Assembly (NCBI GenBank): GCA_963663865.1
Contig: OY760686.1
Coordinates: 928,001 to 992,000 of the forward strand
Direction: 5' to 3'
Length of the DNA: 64,000 nucleotides
Origin: Spirochaetota bacterium
Lineage (GTDB): Bacteria > Spirochaetota > UBA4802 > UBA5550
Of the stretch, positions 8,890 to 18,905 are shown one piece after another. How positions within the stretch are numbered: position 1 is the first letter of the stretch; each line of letters opens with the position of its first letter. A model generated the notes under the pieces. It made no database searches and was not told where the DNA came from. It was given only the letters and a program-made list of their open reading frames with translations. The position numbers and the translations under genes are program-made.

Positions 8890-11334
8890 TCACTTGATTT
8901 CAATAAGATAGGGCATCATTGTGATTGTGCCTTCCCCGAGCAGCTTGAAATCAGAGGATGTTTTTTCAATTAGACGGATGAGTTCTTTGCTGCCTTTAAA
9001 CGCTCCCGGCATAATGAAGCCTGTGAGTTCAAGCGATGTTTTTTCCGGCCATATTCTTACTTCAAAGCCGGGGCCAGTTTGAGCAAGTGATGCAGCGTAT
9101 GCCACAGAGGCGGTCAGGCCTCCATGTTCATCGATCAGGCCGGCTTTTAATGCCTGACTTCCGCTGAATACCCGTCCTCCGGCTATCGCATCAATTTTGT
9201 TTTCCGGAATATCTCTCGCCTCAGAAACGAGTTTTGTGAATCGTTCATATATAAAGTCGACGGATTTCTGTATATTGCGGGCTTCTGCGACGCTTAGCCC
9301 CCTTGATTCAGAATACATATCGGCAAAGGGGCTAAGCTTGAAGGTCTCCTTGTTTATGCCCGCGCGACTATACAGCTCGTTGAGGTCGAGTTTGCCCGAT
9401 ATTACGCCTATTGAACCTGTTACAGAAACCGGGCTGGCGAAAACCCTGTCGCCGGTGCAGGCGACAAGATAACCGCCGGAGGCTGCGGTATTGCCGAACG
9501 AGAAGACTACCGGTTTCCCGGTACTTTTTTTGAGACGTAAAATATCACGAAGCATTTCATTTGAGGCCGAGGCCGAACCGCCACCCGAGTCAACGCGTAT
9601 AACGGCGGCCTTTACAGCCGGGTTGGAGAACGCGGCTTCGAGGCTTTTCCTGAAATCTTCAGCGCCGGTAGATGATGAGAATGGAGATGCCTTCCCGTTT
9701 ACTATTGATCCAGTGAGGCATATCACCGCGATTGTTTTACCGAATCCCCAGGCCTTCGGGCTTTGAACCTCAGCTGCATAATCCTCAATGTCAATTATAA
9801 CGGGGCTGGTGTCAAACGAGTTGAAGTAATCTTCAGGGTGAGAGACGCTGTCGGCAAAACCTGCCTTAACAGCTTCCTCCGGTGAGATATAGCCTGAGGC
9901 GAAGAGCGATTCAATCTCATGATGCGGCCTGTTTCTGCCTTCAGAAATGCGTTTTACGTATTGAGTGTTAATATTCTCAAGAAGAGAAGTTAGATTTTCT
10001 CTTGCCGGTTCTGACATCCGTTCAAGAGTAAGGGGTTCAAAGGCTGATTTGTACTTACCCTGTCTGAAAACATGGAAGCGGGCGCCGGCATTTTCAAGCA
10101 GGCCTTTGAGAAAGTAGACATTGGCAGAAAGGGCGTTAAGTGAAAATGGAGAATCCGGATCGACAAGAATCCTGTCAGACTTGCAGCATATATAGTAGGC
10201 TCTGTTTGAAGGCGCGGATATATATGAATAAAGCTTTTTGCCTCTGCTCTGGAAATAGTCAAGACCTTCGGCAAGCTCACAGCTTTGTCCGAATGACGGA
10301 GCATCTCCCGAGGCGAATATGACGATTCCGCTGATTGAAGCATCGTCTGCTGCTCTTCTGATGGCCGCCGCGGCGGCGTGGAAAGACATTACACGGTTCT
10401 CAAAGATACCTTGAGAAGGGGCTTCTTCCATCTCACCGGTGAGCCTGATTCTGAGAAAGGTATTGTTCGAAGCAAAAGTCAGCGCTCCCGGATTGTTGTC
10501 GAAAGTCATCTCAACCCCGATAGAATGCAGCGGCGCTGGAGTTCCTTCAGAGTAACGGTAAGAAGATGTGAGAGTGGAGACGCTGCTGCCGCGGAAAACT
10601 ATGGGTGCGGAAAGACCGAAAGAGAAGTTGAAATCCGAGTCGGTTTTTAAAGCGAGTGAGACGTTCCAGGGAAGAAGCAGTCTTGTGTGATAAAACATAT
10701 CGGGATTGTCATGACCGCCGAGAAATACCGCGTCGGCTCCCAGGACCACCCTGCCGTTGAATGTTTTAAGCGCTGCAGAGAGAGTGTGCTTCTTTTCGGC
10801 CTTGAGTTCAGGGCTGCCTGTATCTGGCGAACTGTACGCGTATCCGAGAGAGAGGCTTTCCAATGGCCTGAAAAGCATGCCGGCAGTTAATGACCGGTAG
10901 CCCGAGTATTCAGAAGGTCCTCCTGCCGCGAATGAGAAACCGGCGCCGAAGCCAAAGGCCCGGTTGAGAAAGAAGCCCCTCCCGAGGCTGAACAGGTTCG
11001 ACGATGCCTCGACGGCTCTGTCGTTGTATGGGTAAAGTTGTTCTGTGCGCGAGTAGTGGAACGAAAAGCCTAAAATCCTCAGAAGAAAGTGATGATTGGC
11101 ATCTTTCATATCCCCTGAAAATGCCGCGCTGTAGGCGGCGCCGTTAACCGGCGACGGCCCCGGCAGAGCCGGATTGAGAAGAGACGAGAACGCTCCCGAT
11201 TCCTGATAAGCGGCCGAAGTCGGTGAGCCCGGTATGACAAATGGGTCGTGGATAGTACTGGACAGTAGAAGTTTCGGCATGAACAGCAATGCCGGCAATA
11301 TCATGATACCTATAGCAAGCGGTTTGCATTTCAT
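8890..11334 (-). CDS. sppA: Signal peptide peptidase SppA with N-terminal beta-strand-rich domain
   Basis: GKYKSA, RVDSGGGS, AASGGY, TGSIGV, GGRVFSG; ~290-aa N-terminal extension after a signal peptide. Confidence 0.85.
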   Translation of the reverse strand: MKCKPLAIGIMILPALLFMPKLLLSSTIHDPFVIPGSPTSAAYQESGAFSSLLNPALPGPSPVNGAAYSAAFSGDMKDANHHFLLRILGFSFHYSRTEQLYPYNDRAVEASSNLFSLGRGFFLNRAFGFGAGFSFAAGGPSEYSGYRSLTAGMLFRPLESLSLGYAYSSPDTGSPELKAEKKHTLSAALKTFNGRVVLGADAVFLGGHDNPDMFYHTRLLLPWNVSLALKTDSDFNFSFGLSAPIVFRGSSVSTLTSSYRYSEGTPAPLHSIGVEMTFDNNPGALTFASNNTFLRIRLTGEMEEAPSQGIFENRVMSFHAAAAAIRRAADDASISGIVIFASGDAPSFGQSCELAEGLDYFQSRGKKLYSYISAPSNRAYYICCKSDRILVDPDSPFSLNALSANVYFLKGLLENAGARFHVFRQGKYKSAFEPLTLERMSEPARENLTSLLENINTQYVKRISEGRNRPHHEIESLFASGYISPEEAVKAGFADSVSHPEDYFNSFDTSPVIIDIEDYAAEVQSPKAWGFGKTIAVICLTGSIVNGKASPFSSSTGAEDFRKSLEAAFSNPAVKAAVIRVDSGGGSASASNEMLRDILRLKKSTGKPVVFSFGNTAASGGYLVACTGDRVFASPVSVTGSIGVISGKLDLNELYSRAGINKETFKLSPFADMYSESRGLSVAEARNIQKSVDFIYERFTKLVSEARDIPENKIDAIAGGRVFSGSQALKAGLIDEHGGLTASVAYAASLAQTGPGFEVRIWPEKTSLELTGFIMPGAFKGSKELIRLIEKTSSDFKLLGEGTITMMPYLIEIK

Positions 11335-11374
11335 CAATATCTACCTCAATAAAAGAGAAGCCGGTCTGCGGCTA

Positions 11375-11989
11375 TTAGTTTTTCGGGCGGATAAAGCCCG
11401 CAGTATAATCCTCTACAATTTTAGCGTGTACGCTTTCAATGCTGTCAGAACCATTAATGACAAAAAAACTCTCGTCCGCGAGGGAAAGATATATCTCCCT
11501 TACTGCGCGAAGAAAGTCCGCCTTTTCAAAGGAATCAGAAACGCCGTCAGATCTCTTCCTTATCCGCTCCATTGAGACTTCTGTGTCAACGTCGATAAGA
11601 TAGACGCGGTCGGGTATGGGAAATCTGTTTCGAAGGTTAAGGTCGATTATTTCTAAAGGCGGGAAGCCCATTGCACCCTGATACGCTGCGTTGGAGTGAT
11701 AATATCGGTCCATGACTACGGTGACACCCTTTTGCAGAGCAGGCATAATATTTGTCTTGACGTCGAATTCTCTGTCTTTCAGAAAAAGCTCCATCATCTG
11801 TTCAAGGCGGGGCGCTCTGTCATGAGCCAGCGCCGCTCTTATCGATTTGCCCCACTGGCTCGAAGTAGGTTCCCGGAGAAATATCGAATCAGCGCCGTGC
11901 TCTCTCAGATACCGGTAAAACATCTCTGCCTGTGTGCTTTTCCCTGACCCGTCAATTCCTTCAAATGTGATAAATAAGGGCTTATTCAT
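11375..11989 (-). CDS. tmk: Thymidylate kinase
   Basis: FITFEGIDGSGKSTQ, REP, DRYYHS..AYQG. Confidence 0.95.
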   Translation of the reverse strand: MNKPLFITFEGIDGSGKSTQAEMFYRYLREHGADSIFLREPTSSQWGKSIRAALAHDRAPRLEQMMELFLKDREFDVKTNIMPALQKGVTVVMDRYYHSNAAYQGAMGFPPLEIIDLNLRNRFPIPDRVYLIDVDTEVSMERIRKRSDGVSDSFEKADFLRAVREIYLSLADESFFVINGSDSIESVHAKIVEDYTAGFIRPKN

Positions 11990-12046
11990 TAAGTAAATCC
12001 TGGCTTTGATCGTTTAATAAAGGGAAACTGTCAGCAGTAACCTTTA

Positions 12047-13033
12047 TCAGCTCTGGGGTGAAGTCCTTTTGGAGGCCTTGATTAGCCTGTCCATAATAGC
12101 CAGACCGAGACCTTCAGCCGGGACCTCTTCGGCGATTATAACAGAAGGCCGCAAGGAGTCAAGTCGGTGAAGCTCAGAGAAAACAGCTGAAGCTGCCTCC
12201 CTGAGGTCTCCGCCTTGTGAAAGGAATCCGGTATTTGCTGTGATTCCTGCTGTTATGTCAACGGGCTTTGTGAAGAAAAGAAATGCCGCGTCCTTTATTG
12301 AAAGCATATCCCCGGTAATCTTTTTTACCAGCCTTAATGGCGTCATGGGCGAATAGTGATAGGGTAGTTGGCCGGGAGCCTCAGGTGTTTCTGATGCATT
12401 GGGGGTCAGCACCTTCAATCCTGTCGCTGCTTCAATCTCCTCTACAGAGATGCCGCCGGGCCTGAGCAAAAATATACCTGTTTTATCGGCCTTCACAATG
12501 GTGGATTCAACTCCCACCGGGCATGGACCGCCGTCTATAACAACCTCAATTTTACCGTCAAGCGCCTCTGCAACATGTGCCGCTGTCGTCGGACTCAGAC
12601 AGCCGAACGGGTTGGCGCTTGGAGCGGCAAGGGGTGTGCCGCACTTCTTTATGAGCCTGAGTGCAACATCATGGGCCGGCATTCTTACTGCTACCGTAGG
12701 GAGGCCTGATGTTACAATGTCAGGCACATCGGTATGTCTGGGCAGCACGAGTGTCAGTGGGCCTGGCCAGAATCTCTCTGCGAGCATTATGGCTTCAGGC
12801 GGGAATTCAGAGGAAAGTCTCTGGACTTCCTCAAGGCTGGAAATATGGCAAATAAGCGGATCGAAAAAGGGCCTGTTTTTTGCCTCAAATATCCCTGCGA
12901 TGCCTCTCCGGGAAAAGACGTCTGCCCCAAGGCCGTAAACGGTCTCCGTGGGGAAGGCCGCGAGACCGCCGGACTTTATTATTCCCGAGGCTAAAGTAAT
13001 ATTTTCATCTGTAGGTTTTAGTATCTTTATCAT
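12047..13033 (-). CDS. sua5: L-threonylcarbamoyladenylate synthase (Sua5 type)
   Basis: FPTETVYGLGA, KNRP..DPLICH, WPGPLT, APSAN, APG..PYHYSP, C-terminal SUA5 domain. Confidence 0.95.
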   Translation of the reverse strand: MIKILKPTDENITLASGIIKSGGLAAFPTETVYGLGADVFSRRGIAGIFEAKNRPFFDPLICHISSLEEVQRLSSEFPPEAIMLAERFWPGPLTLVLPRHTDVPDIVTSGLPTVAVRMPAHDVALRLIKKCGTPLAAPSANPFGCLSPTTAAHVAEALDGKIEVVIDGGPCPVGVESTIVKADKTGIFLLRPGGISVEEIEAATGLKVLTPNASETPEAPGQLPYHYSPMTPLRLVKKITGDMLSIKDAAFLFFTKPVDITAGITANTGFLSQGGDLREAASAVFSELHRLDSLRPSVIIAEEVPAEGLGLAIMDRLIKASKRTSPQS

Positions 13034-13190
13034 TCTAAATACAATAAAAAGTGAATCTTAGGCGCCTGATTCTGGCGCCTGTTAAGCTGGACGTTCTGCA
13101 GGGCAGATACACGTGTCAGTTATGCTGATTACAGAAGACGTATTGTTGCTGTCAAACGTAAAAAAGCTGGAATTCTAAAAGGGTGATCTG

Positions 13191-13260
13191 AACAACAGAA
13201 AGCCCGGCGCTAACCGGGCCCCTGCCAGTATGGAGGATTATTGAAAAAAACTCTGTTCTC
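13191..13260 (-). ncRNA. Candidate small RNA with anti-Shine-Dalgarno seed and terminator
   Basis: Minus strand: -10-like CATAAT (13267-72), then AAUAAUCCUCCAU, then GCCCGG/CCGGGC hairpin and a U-rich tail. Confidence 0.35.
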
Positions 13261-13278
13261 TTATTTATTATGACCCGC

Positions 13279-13300
13279 AAATGTGATAATGGTTACAAAA
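13279..13300. promoter_or_regulatory. CRP/FNR-family-like operator
   Basis: AAATGTGA-taatgg-TTACAAAA matches TGTGA-N6-TCACA with one mismatch. Confidence 0.45.
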
Positions 13301-13528
13301 TTTTACAGTAATCAGGTAAAATATTCTTTACCTCTGAAGCTATGGGCTAATATTAGTAAATACGAGTTCCTGATTAAGATATTCAGGCATGTTGACGCTG
13401 TTTTCTTCATTGATTGACAGCCGATTGCCTCAATGCCTTCTTTCATGGAATTCTAAAAGAAAGAATAAATTGCTGTTCGCACCAAAGTGCAAGCTGCGGT
13501 ATAAATTCATAATCTTGCCTGGAAAATA

Positions 13529-13702
13529 ATGAAAGTTGAAGATTGCGTAAAATGTGAAGCACATGTTGAGCTTCTTTCAGATTCGGTACTCTGCCGTTAC
13601 CGTGATGAGATGACTCACCGTGTCATATCAAACGGTAAGGTCGTCGGCTGTCCCATCCAGCCCGAGAAGAAGGGGCTGCGCCTGTTCAGGAAGAACAAGT
13701 AG
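13529..13702 (+). CDS. Small Cys/His-rich protein (57 aa), not in the ORF track
   Basis: MKVEDCVKCEAHVELLSDSVLCRYRDEMTHRVISNGKVVGCPIQPEKKGLRLFRKNK; fills the gap and converges on tadA. Confidence 0.65.
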   Translation: MKVEDCVKCEAHVELLSDSVLCRYRDEMTHRVISNGKVVGCPIQPEKKGLRLFRKNK

Positions 13703-13707
13703 ACTAT

Positions 13708-14190
13708 TCATCTATTTTTAGATCTTTTTTCCTGGAAAAAACGCTTTATTATATCAGCTGTTTCCTGCTGAAGAAATCCAAAGTGAATCTCCGGAACGTG
13801 ATTCAGTAGTACGTTGCCGCATACGTTGAGCACGGTTCCGCAGGCTCCATATTTAATATCTCTTGCTCCTATGAAAACCCTTCTGATTCTGGCATGGACA
13901 ATCGCACCGGCGCACATACAGCAGGGTTCCTTGGTCACGTACATGTCGCAGCCTGTAAGCCTCTCGTTTCCGAGAACCCGGCAGGCTTCTTCAATAGCTG
14001 TGATCTCCGCGTGTCTGACAGGGTTATTCTCAATACGGTTTCTATTCCCCGCGGCGGAAATAACTTCCCCTTCTGAAACAATGACAGCGCCTACAGGAAT
14101 TTCGTCGAGGTCGCGCGATTTTTCAGCCTCGTTAAGCGCTATCCTCATAAATCCTGGATGGTCTGTTTCTGTTATATCTGTCTGTTCCAT
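13708..14190 (-). CDS. tadA: tRNA adenosine(34) deaminase
   Basis: EIPVGAV, HAE, EPCCMCAGA, FF..KR. Confidence 0.92.
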   Translation of the reverse strand: MEQTDITETDHPGFMRIALNEAEKSRDLDEIPVGAVIVSEGEVISAAGNRNRIENNPVRHAEITAIEEACRVLGNERLTGCDMYVTKEPCCMCAGAIVHARIRRVFIGARDIKYGACGTVLNVCGNVLLNHVPEIHFGFLQQETADIIKRFFQEKRSKNR

Positions 14191-14217
14191 ATTGGCTGCA
14201 GCCGGTGTGAGGTTATA

Positions 14218-14242
14218 ACGGCAGCCGGAAATGGGCTGCCGT
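14218..14242 (-). terminator. GC-rich hairpin between guaB and tadA
   Basis: ACGGCAGCC-N7-GGCTGCCGT; weak U tail. Confidence 0.4.
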
Positions 14243-14250
14243 ACAGAAAG

Positions 14251-15747
14251 TTACATGTATTTGGGTTCTTTGTATGAGTACATGTCATGCACATGGCCTT
14301 CAAGCTGAGCAGACGGGGATCTGAGCTCAAACCTGAGGTCTCCTGATCGCAGCTTTTGATGAAGCATTTCGATGCTTTTCGTTCCCATGTCCTGAAAAGA
14401 GTGTCTAAGTCCCTGAAGCAGGTAGGGGACATAGTCGAACAGTGAGCCTTTATCCACAACAGCTCCTGAAACACCCTGAGCAACTATAATCTTGGCTTCT
14501 TCAGCGAAGTAGCGCTTGTTGCCGCCCATCTCCATCGCCTCCTGCGAGGCCATTCCCCTGTATCTTTTCAGCCTTATCCCGTTTTCGTAGAAGTATTCGC
14601 CCGGGGCCTCATGGGTTCCTGCGAACATTGAACCCATCATAACAGCTGAGGCTCCGAGAGAAAGGGCCTTGGAGATGTGTCCGATAGTGGATACGCCTCC
14701 GTCCGCGATAACCGGAACACCGTGTTTCGCGGCAAAGTTTGCCGTACGGTAAACTGCGGTTGCCTGGGCCCTTCCGACAGACATGGTTGTCTGTGTCGTG
14801 CAGATTGAACCCGGCCCCATGCCGATTCTGAGCGCGTCGGCTCCGGCCTCAATGAGGTTTTTGCTCTGTTCCTCTGTAACGACGTTGCCTCCGATAATAT
14901 CTATTTCGGGATAGTTTTTCTTTATATGTTTAATCATATCGATCTGAAAGACAGAGTTTCCCTGTGCGGAATCGATGACCACGAGATTAACACCGGCAGC
15001 TACAAGAGCGGCAAGGCGTTCCTTGTCCTCTTCCTTGGTGGAAATTGCGGCGCCGACTACAAGCTGTTTTCTGTTGTCCTTGGAGGCAGAGGGATATTCA
15101 CGGTTTTTGAGAAGGTCGTTTCTGCTCATCAGTGCGACGAGCCTTCCCTCATTGTCGATTATCGGGAGTTTGCCTTTTTTGGACTCCTTGAGGATATTGT
15201 TGGCTTCATTCAGAGAAATGCCTTTGTGCGATGTGAGAAGATCCGTCGTCATTACCTGAGAGAGAGGCCTGCTCCGGTCTGTTTCGAAGTCGATGTCCCT
15301 GTTTGTGACAATACCGACAAGCTTTGAATTTAATTTGCCGTTCTCTGTTATCGGAATGCCGGCGAAACCGTATTTACTCTTGATGTCGTCGATGTCTTTA
15401 ATGGTATGAGACGGAGACAGCACCATCGGATCGTTGATAAAGCCGTTTTCATACCTCTTTACCTTTTTAACCAGATCGCTCTGTTGTTCGATGGTGTTGT
15501 TGTAGTGAATAATTCCAATTCCGCCCATCAGAGCGAGTCCGATTGCCATTTCGGCCTCAGTAACGGTATCCATAGGGCTTGAGACAAGCGGGCTCTTGAG
15601 CGTAATATTTCTTGTAATTTTAGTGTCGAGGACAACTTCGTCTGTGCCGAAATCAATGAATCCCGGCAGTATAATAAAGTCGTTGTAGGCCCGGCCTGTG
15701 TTTTTAGTAAAAATTTCGTCCGCTGTAAATCCGTCTTTGTTTTTCAT
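14251..15747 (-). CDS. guaB: IMP dehydrogenase with CBS pair (eukaryote-like sequence type)
   Basis: [36 protein letters not shown]; start MKNKDG at 15747. Confidence 0.97.
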   Translation of the reverse strand: MKNKDGFTADEIFTKNTGRAYNDFIILPGFIDFGTDEVVLDTKITRNITLKSPLVSSPMDTVTEAEMAIGLALMGGIGIIHYNNTIEQQSDLVKKVKRYENGFINDPMVLSPSHTIKDIDDIKSKYGFAGIPITENGKLNSKLVGIVTNRDIDFETDRSRPLSQVMTTDLLTSHKGISLNEANNILKESKKGKLPIIDNEGRLVALMSRNDLLKNREYPSASKDNRKQLVVGAAISTKEEDKERLAALVAAGVNLVVIDSAQGNSVFQIDMIKHIKKNYPEIDIIGGNVVTEEQSKNLIEAGADALRIGMGPGSICTTQTTMSVGRAQATAVYRTANFAAKHGVPVIADGGVSTIGHISKALSLGASAVMMGSMFAGTHEAPGEYFYENGIRLKRYRGMASQEAMEMGGNKRYFAEEAKIIVAQGVSGAVVDKGSLFDYVPYLLQGLRHSFQDMGTKSIEMLHQKLRSGDLRFELRSPSAQLEGHVHDMYSYKEPKYM

Positions 15748-15796
15748 GATATTTCTCCGAATAAAAAATGACAAATAAATCAAGGGTAAAAATTTT

Positions 15797-16585
15797 TCAA
15801 TACTTTTCTTTCGGCAGTATCTGCTTCCCTGCTTCAGCGGGAAGGTATTCACCGTGTATATTTGACATGGCGCTGAACATTGAATTGCGGGCCATGGGGT
15901 TGAGCTTTTCCATTTCCCTGATTATTGCTTTAACGGAATTACGTCCTGAGCTTTCCGCAAAAGGGCACATTTTTTTTTGCGGGGGATATTGTCTTGCTTC
16001 AGCTTGCCGGGCAATCAGATCTTCACTCAGCAGAATGAGGGGCCTGATTATCTTTACTTCACCCTCAAACAGGCTGAGCTCAGCAGGCATTGATGAAATT
16101 GCCCCCTGGTAAATCATGTTTAATAAAAGGGTCTCGATTGCATCATCCATGTGATGTCCCAGAGCAAGCTTGTTGCAATTATTTTCCCTGCAAAAATTAA
16201 AAAGCTCTTTTCTTCTGTTCCACGAGCAGTAAAAGCACGGATTAGTCCCGCTCTTTTCCGGTTTATCGAAGTTAACAGAGATTCGCCTTAGATGGAACTT
16301 GAGTCCCATAGATTCGCAGAGGCCTGAGACGTAGTCTTCATCAAGCGAGTAGGGTATCTCATTTATCCCTATGTGTACAGGAAAAATCTCATATTTAATC
16401 GGTAAGAACCTGAGCCTTTCAGCAAGAGTTTCAAACAAAACATAGGAGTCCTTCCCCCCGGAAATCCCGACGGCAATCCTGTCTCCTTCCGTGATAAGGT
16501 TATACCTGTTGACAGCCTTCCCGACAGTCCTTCGGTTCTTATCGATGAGCTTTTTCTCAGCGCTTGAGAGGTTCTTTCTTTTCAT
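15797..16585 (-). CDS. ttcA: tRNA 2-thiocytidine biosynthesis TtcA-family PP-loop protein
   Basis: SGGKDS PP-loop, CFYCS, GHHMDD..ET, IIRPL, CP. Confidence 0.85.
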   Translation of the reverse strand: MKRKNLSSAEKKLIDKNRRTVGKAVNRYNLITEGDRIAVGISGGKDSYVLFETLAERLRFLPIKYEIFPVHIGINEIPYSLDEDYVSGLCESMGLKFHLRRISVNFDKPEKSGTNPCFYCSWNRRKELFNFCRENNCNKLALGHHMDDAIETLLLNMIYQGAISSMPAELSLFEGEVKIIRPLILLSEDLIARQAEARQYPPQKKMCPFAESSGRNSVKAIIREMEKLNPMARNSMFSAMSNIHGEYLPAEAGKQILPKEKY

Positions 16586-16591
16586 GCGGAT

Positions 16592-18085
16592 TCAGCTGTG
16601 TTCAGGCTCCCTGCTATAGTTGAGTTTAATATAGTTATTGATGTAATCCTGAGGGTTTTTTACGGCCTCCTGATTGATCGTGAAGCTTTCAAGGTTCATA
16701 AGCCTCATCCCGTGATAATAGTCCGCAAATAGCGATTTACAGAGCTTCTTTATATCGAGTTTTTTTTCACCGGCAATCTTTCCGATTTCAGCCGAAGCCT
16801 CTGGCGTGAAATCAAGAAAGGTTCCATGCTCAACCATAAACTCCTCCTGAAAGGACTTAATCCCGTCTGTGAGAAGGAGCTGTTTCAGTGTTTCGGCCGG
16901 TTCTTTAATGAGATTATTGTCAACGTGTAGCTCTTTAATATCAGTCGACGGCAGTTTCTTTTCGAAACGGATAAGCAGCTCTTCAAAGACGCTGAGCAGA
17001 CCCCGGGCTCCTGTTTTTTCCTGATAGGCCCTTTCCGCGAGCACCTTCAGTGAATCCGGGCTAAAGCTGAGCTTGATGCCGTATGAGAGAAAATCGAGCT
17101 TCTTCCCCAGTATGACCGAGCTGTTTTTGTTTTTAAGTATCTTGTAAAGGCCTTCAGCGTCGAGTTCGTTGAGAACAACGTGAACGGGAAGTCTTCCTAT
17201 GAACTCAGACTCGAAGCCGTACTGAATAAAGTCCTCTGTTTTGACAAGCTTCAGGCTGTTTGATTTCTGTGACTCGGGTGTTCTCTCCTTCTCAAAGCCT
17301 ATTGCCTGCCTGTTAAGCCTTCTTCCGATGATTTCAGTAAGGCCCTGGAAAGCCCCGGATACGATAAAGAGAATGTTCTTTGTACTAATCTTTTTTCTTG
17401 TAACACGGCCGGTCTTCTGAGCCTCCATTGCCGCTTCGACCTGTGAGGCCAGGTCATGAGGGGTTTTCAGGTCCACTTCAGAGTCTTCCATGAGCTTGAG
17501 AAGGTTTCTCTGCACGCCTGACCTTGAGACATCGGGCCCGCTCTGACCGCTTGTTGAAGCAATTTTGTCAATTTCGTCTATATATATAATACCGTATTCG
17601 GCTCTCCCTATGTCACCCTCCGCTTCATGGACAAGTTCTCTGACCAGATCTTCAACGTCGCCGCCGACATAACCTGTTTCGCTGAATTTGGTCGCGTCAG
17701 CCTTTACAAAGGGAACGCCTAACTTTGAAGCTATGAGCTTGATAATATATGTCTTACCAACACCGGTAGGGCCGATGAGAAGCATATTGCTTTTTATATT
17801 GCCTATAAGCTTCTCCTCTTCTGTAAGGGAATCCTGGAGCTTCATCTTGCTGAAGTGTGTGCATACCTTTGTCGCGATAATCTCAACAGCGTCTTCCTGT
17901 CCCACCACAAAGCGGTTGAGATAAGCCTCAAGCTCTTCCGGTTTTAAATCGAACTTGTATGTGCCTTTTACCGAATCTGAACCGGCATGATCCCCTGTTT
18001 CTTCAGGGTCTTGCTGAACCTCCTCTGCGTCCATCTTGAGCAGGTCGTTCAGGTTTTTTTCGGGATCAAAAGCTGGATTTGTCAT
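16592..18085 (-). CDS. ClpX-like AAA+ ATPase lacking the N-terminal zinc-binding domain
   Basis: KSNMLLIGPTGVGKT, GYVGGDVE, IYIDEIDKI, IGF loop, EFIGRLP, TGARGL. Confidence 0.85.
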   Translation of the reverse strand: MTNPAFDPEKNLNDLLKMDAEEVQQDPEETGDHAGSDSVKGTYKFDLKPEELEAYLNRFVVGQEDAVEIIATKVCTHFSKMKLQDSLTEEEKLIGNIKSNMLLIGPTGVGKTYIIKLIASKLGVPFVKADATKFSETGYVGGDVEDLVRELVHEAEGDIGRAEYGIIYIDEIDKIASTSGQSGPDVSRSGVQRNLLKLMEDSEVDLKTPHDLASQVEAAMEAQKTGRVTRKKISTKNILFIVSGAFQGLTEIIGRRLNRQAIGFEKERTPESQKSNSLKLVKTEDFIQYGFESEFIGRLPVHVVLNELDAEGLYKILKNKNSSVILGKKLDFLSYGIKLSFSPDSLKVLAERAYQEKTGARGLLSVFEELLIRFEKKLPSTDIKELHVDNNLIKEPAETLKQLLLTDGIKSFQEEFMVEHGTFLDFTPEASAEIGKIAGEKKLDIKKLCKSLFADYYHGMRLMNLESFTINQEAVKNPQDYINNYIKLNYSREPEHS

Positions 18086-18345
18086 TCTTTTACCTTCATT
18101 ATAAATCAGACTAAAACTGTATTTATATAAGTACAATAGATACAGATACTGTTACCACGTTTAAAAGTAATGGCTCAGGAATCAATAGCAAAAAAGGAAA
18201 AAATTGATTACAGATGCCGGTATTTTTCAAGGAAATTTGCCGGGTCTTGCATGGAAATTCCGGGTTGATTAAGGGATGCGGCGTGTCCTCAATTCAGAGG
18301 GTTGGCTGGAGTAAAACAATTTATTGATTTCATCCTGAATATATG

Positions 18346-18429
18346 TGCCGAAGGAGGGAATCGAACCCTCATGGAGTTTCCTCCGGCGGATTTTGAATCC
18401 GCTGCGTCTACCAATTCCACCACTTCGGC
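18346..18429 (-). tRNA. tRNA-Leu (CAA); CCA not encoded
   Basis: GCCGAAG acceptor stem, GGAATTGGTAGAC D-arm, GCGGA-TTCAAAA-TCCGC anticodon arm, long variable arm, GGTTCGATTCC. Confidence 0.97.
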
Positions 18430-18449
18430 AGGATGTTCTGCTTAATCTA

Positions 18450-18866
18450 TTATTCCGGCTGGGGTAGTTCGTCGAGCTCTATGTACTTGCCCTTGGCACG
18501 CGCGACGATTTTGCCCATCTCGTTTTCAATCTCGGCGCGGTTTTCGATGACTCTCTTGCTTTTTTTTACGTACCAGCCTCTGATGTAGAGGTTCTCCTGT
18601 ATAAATGCCGGCTGAAGATACCTTATAGTAAGTTCGCTCGTAATCGCCATACTGTCCATATACTTATTAACAGTTATCATTGTTTCATCAAGGATGGAGG
18701 CGACTATACCGGCATGAATAATATTGGGAGGGCCCTCGAACAGTTCGGTGGCAGTAAATTCGCCGTAGGCTGTTTTGGTGTCATCGTCAAAGCTCAACTC
18801 AAGCCTGAGGCCGTTTTCATTTTCCTGACCGCAGCCGAAACAGATTTTATCTTCAAATTCAATCAT
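18450..18866 (-). CDS. PaaI-family hotdog thioesterase
   Basis: CFGCGQENENGL, HAGIVASILDE, TSELTIRY. Confidence 0.88.
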   Translation of the reverse strand: MIEFEDKICFGCGQENENGLRLELSFDDDTKTAYGEFTATELFEGPPNIIHAGIVASILDETMITVNKYMDSMAITSELTIRYLQPAFIQENLYIRGWYVKKSKRVIENRAEIENEMGKIVARAKGKYIELDELPQPE

Positions 18867-18905
18867 ACGGTCAATAGTGTGTCATAAAGGTGTTTTTGTC
18901 AAGTA

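Noticed and set aside
18346-18429. tRNA-Leu as an island integration site
   Set aside because: No duplicated 3' end or integrase seen; the neighbours are host-like
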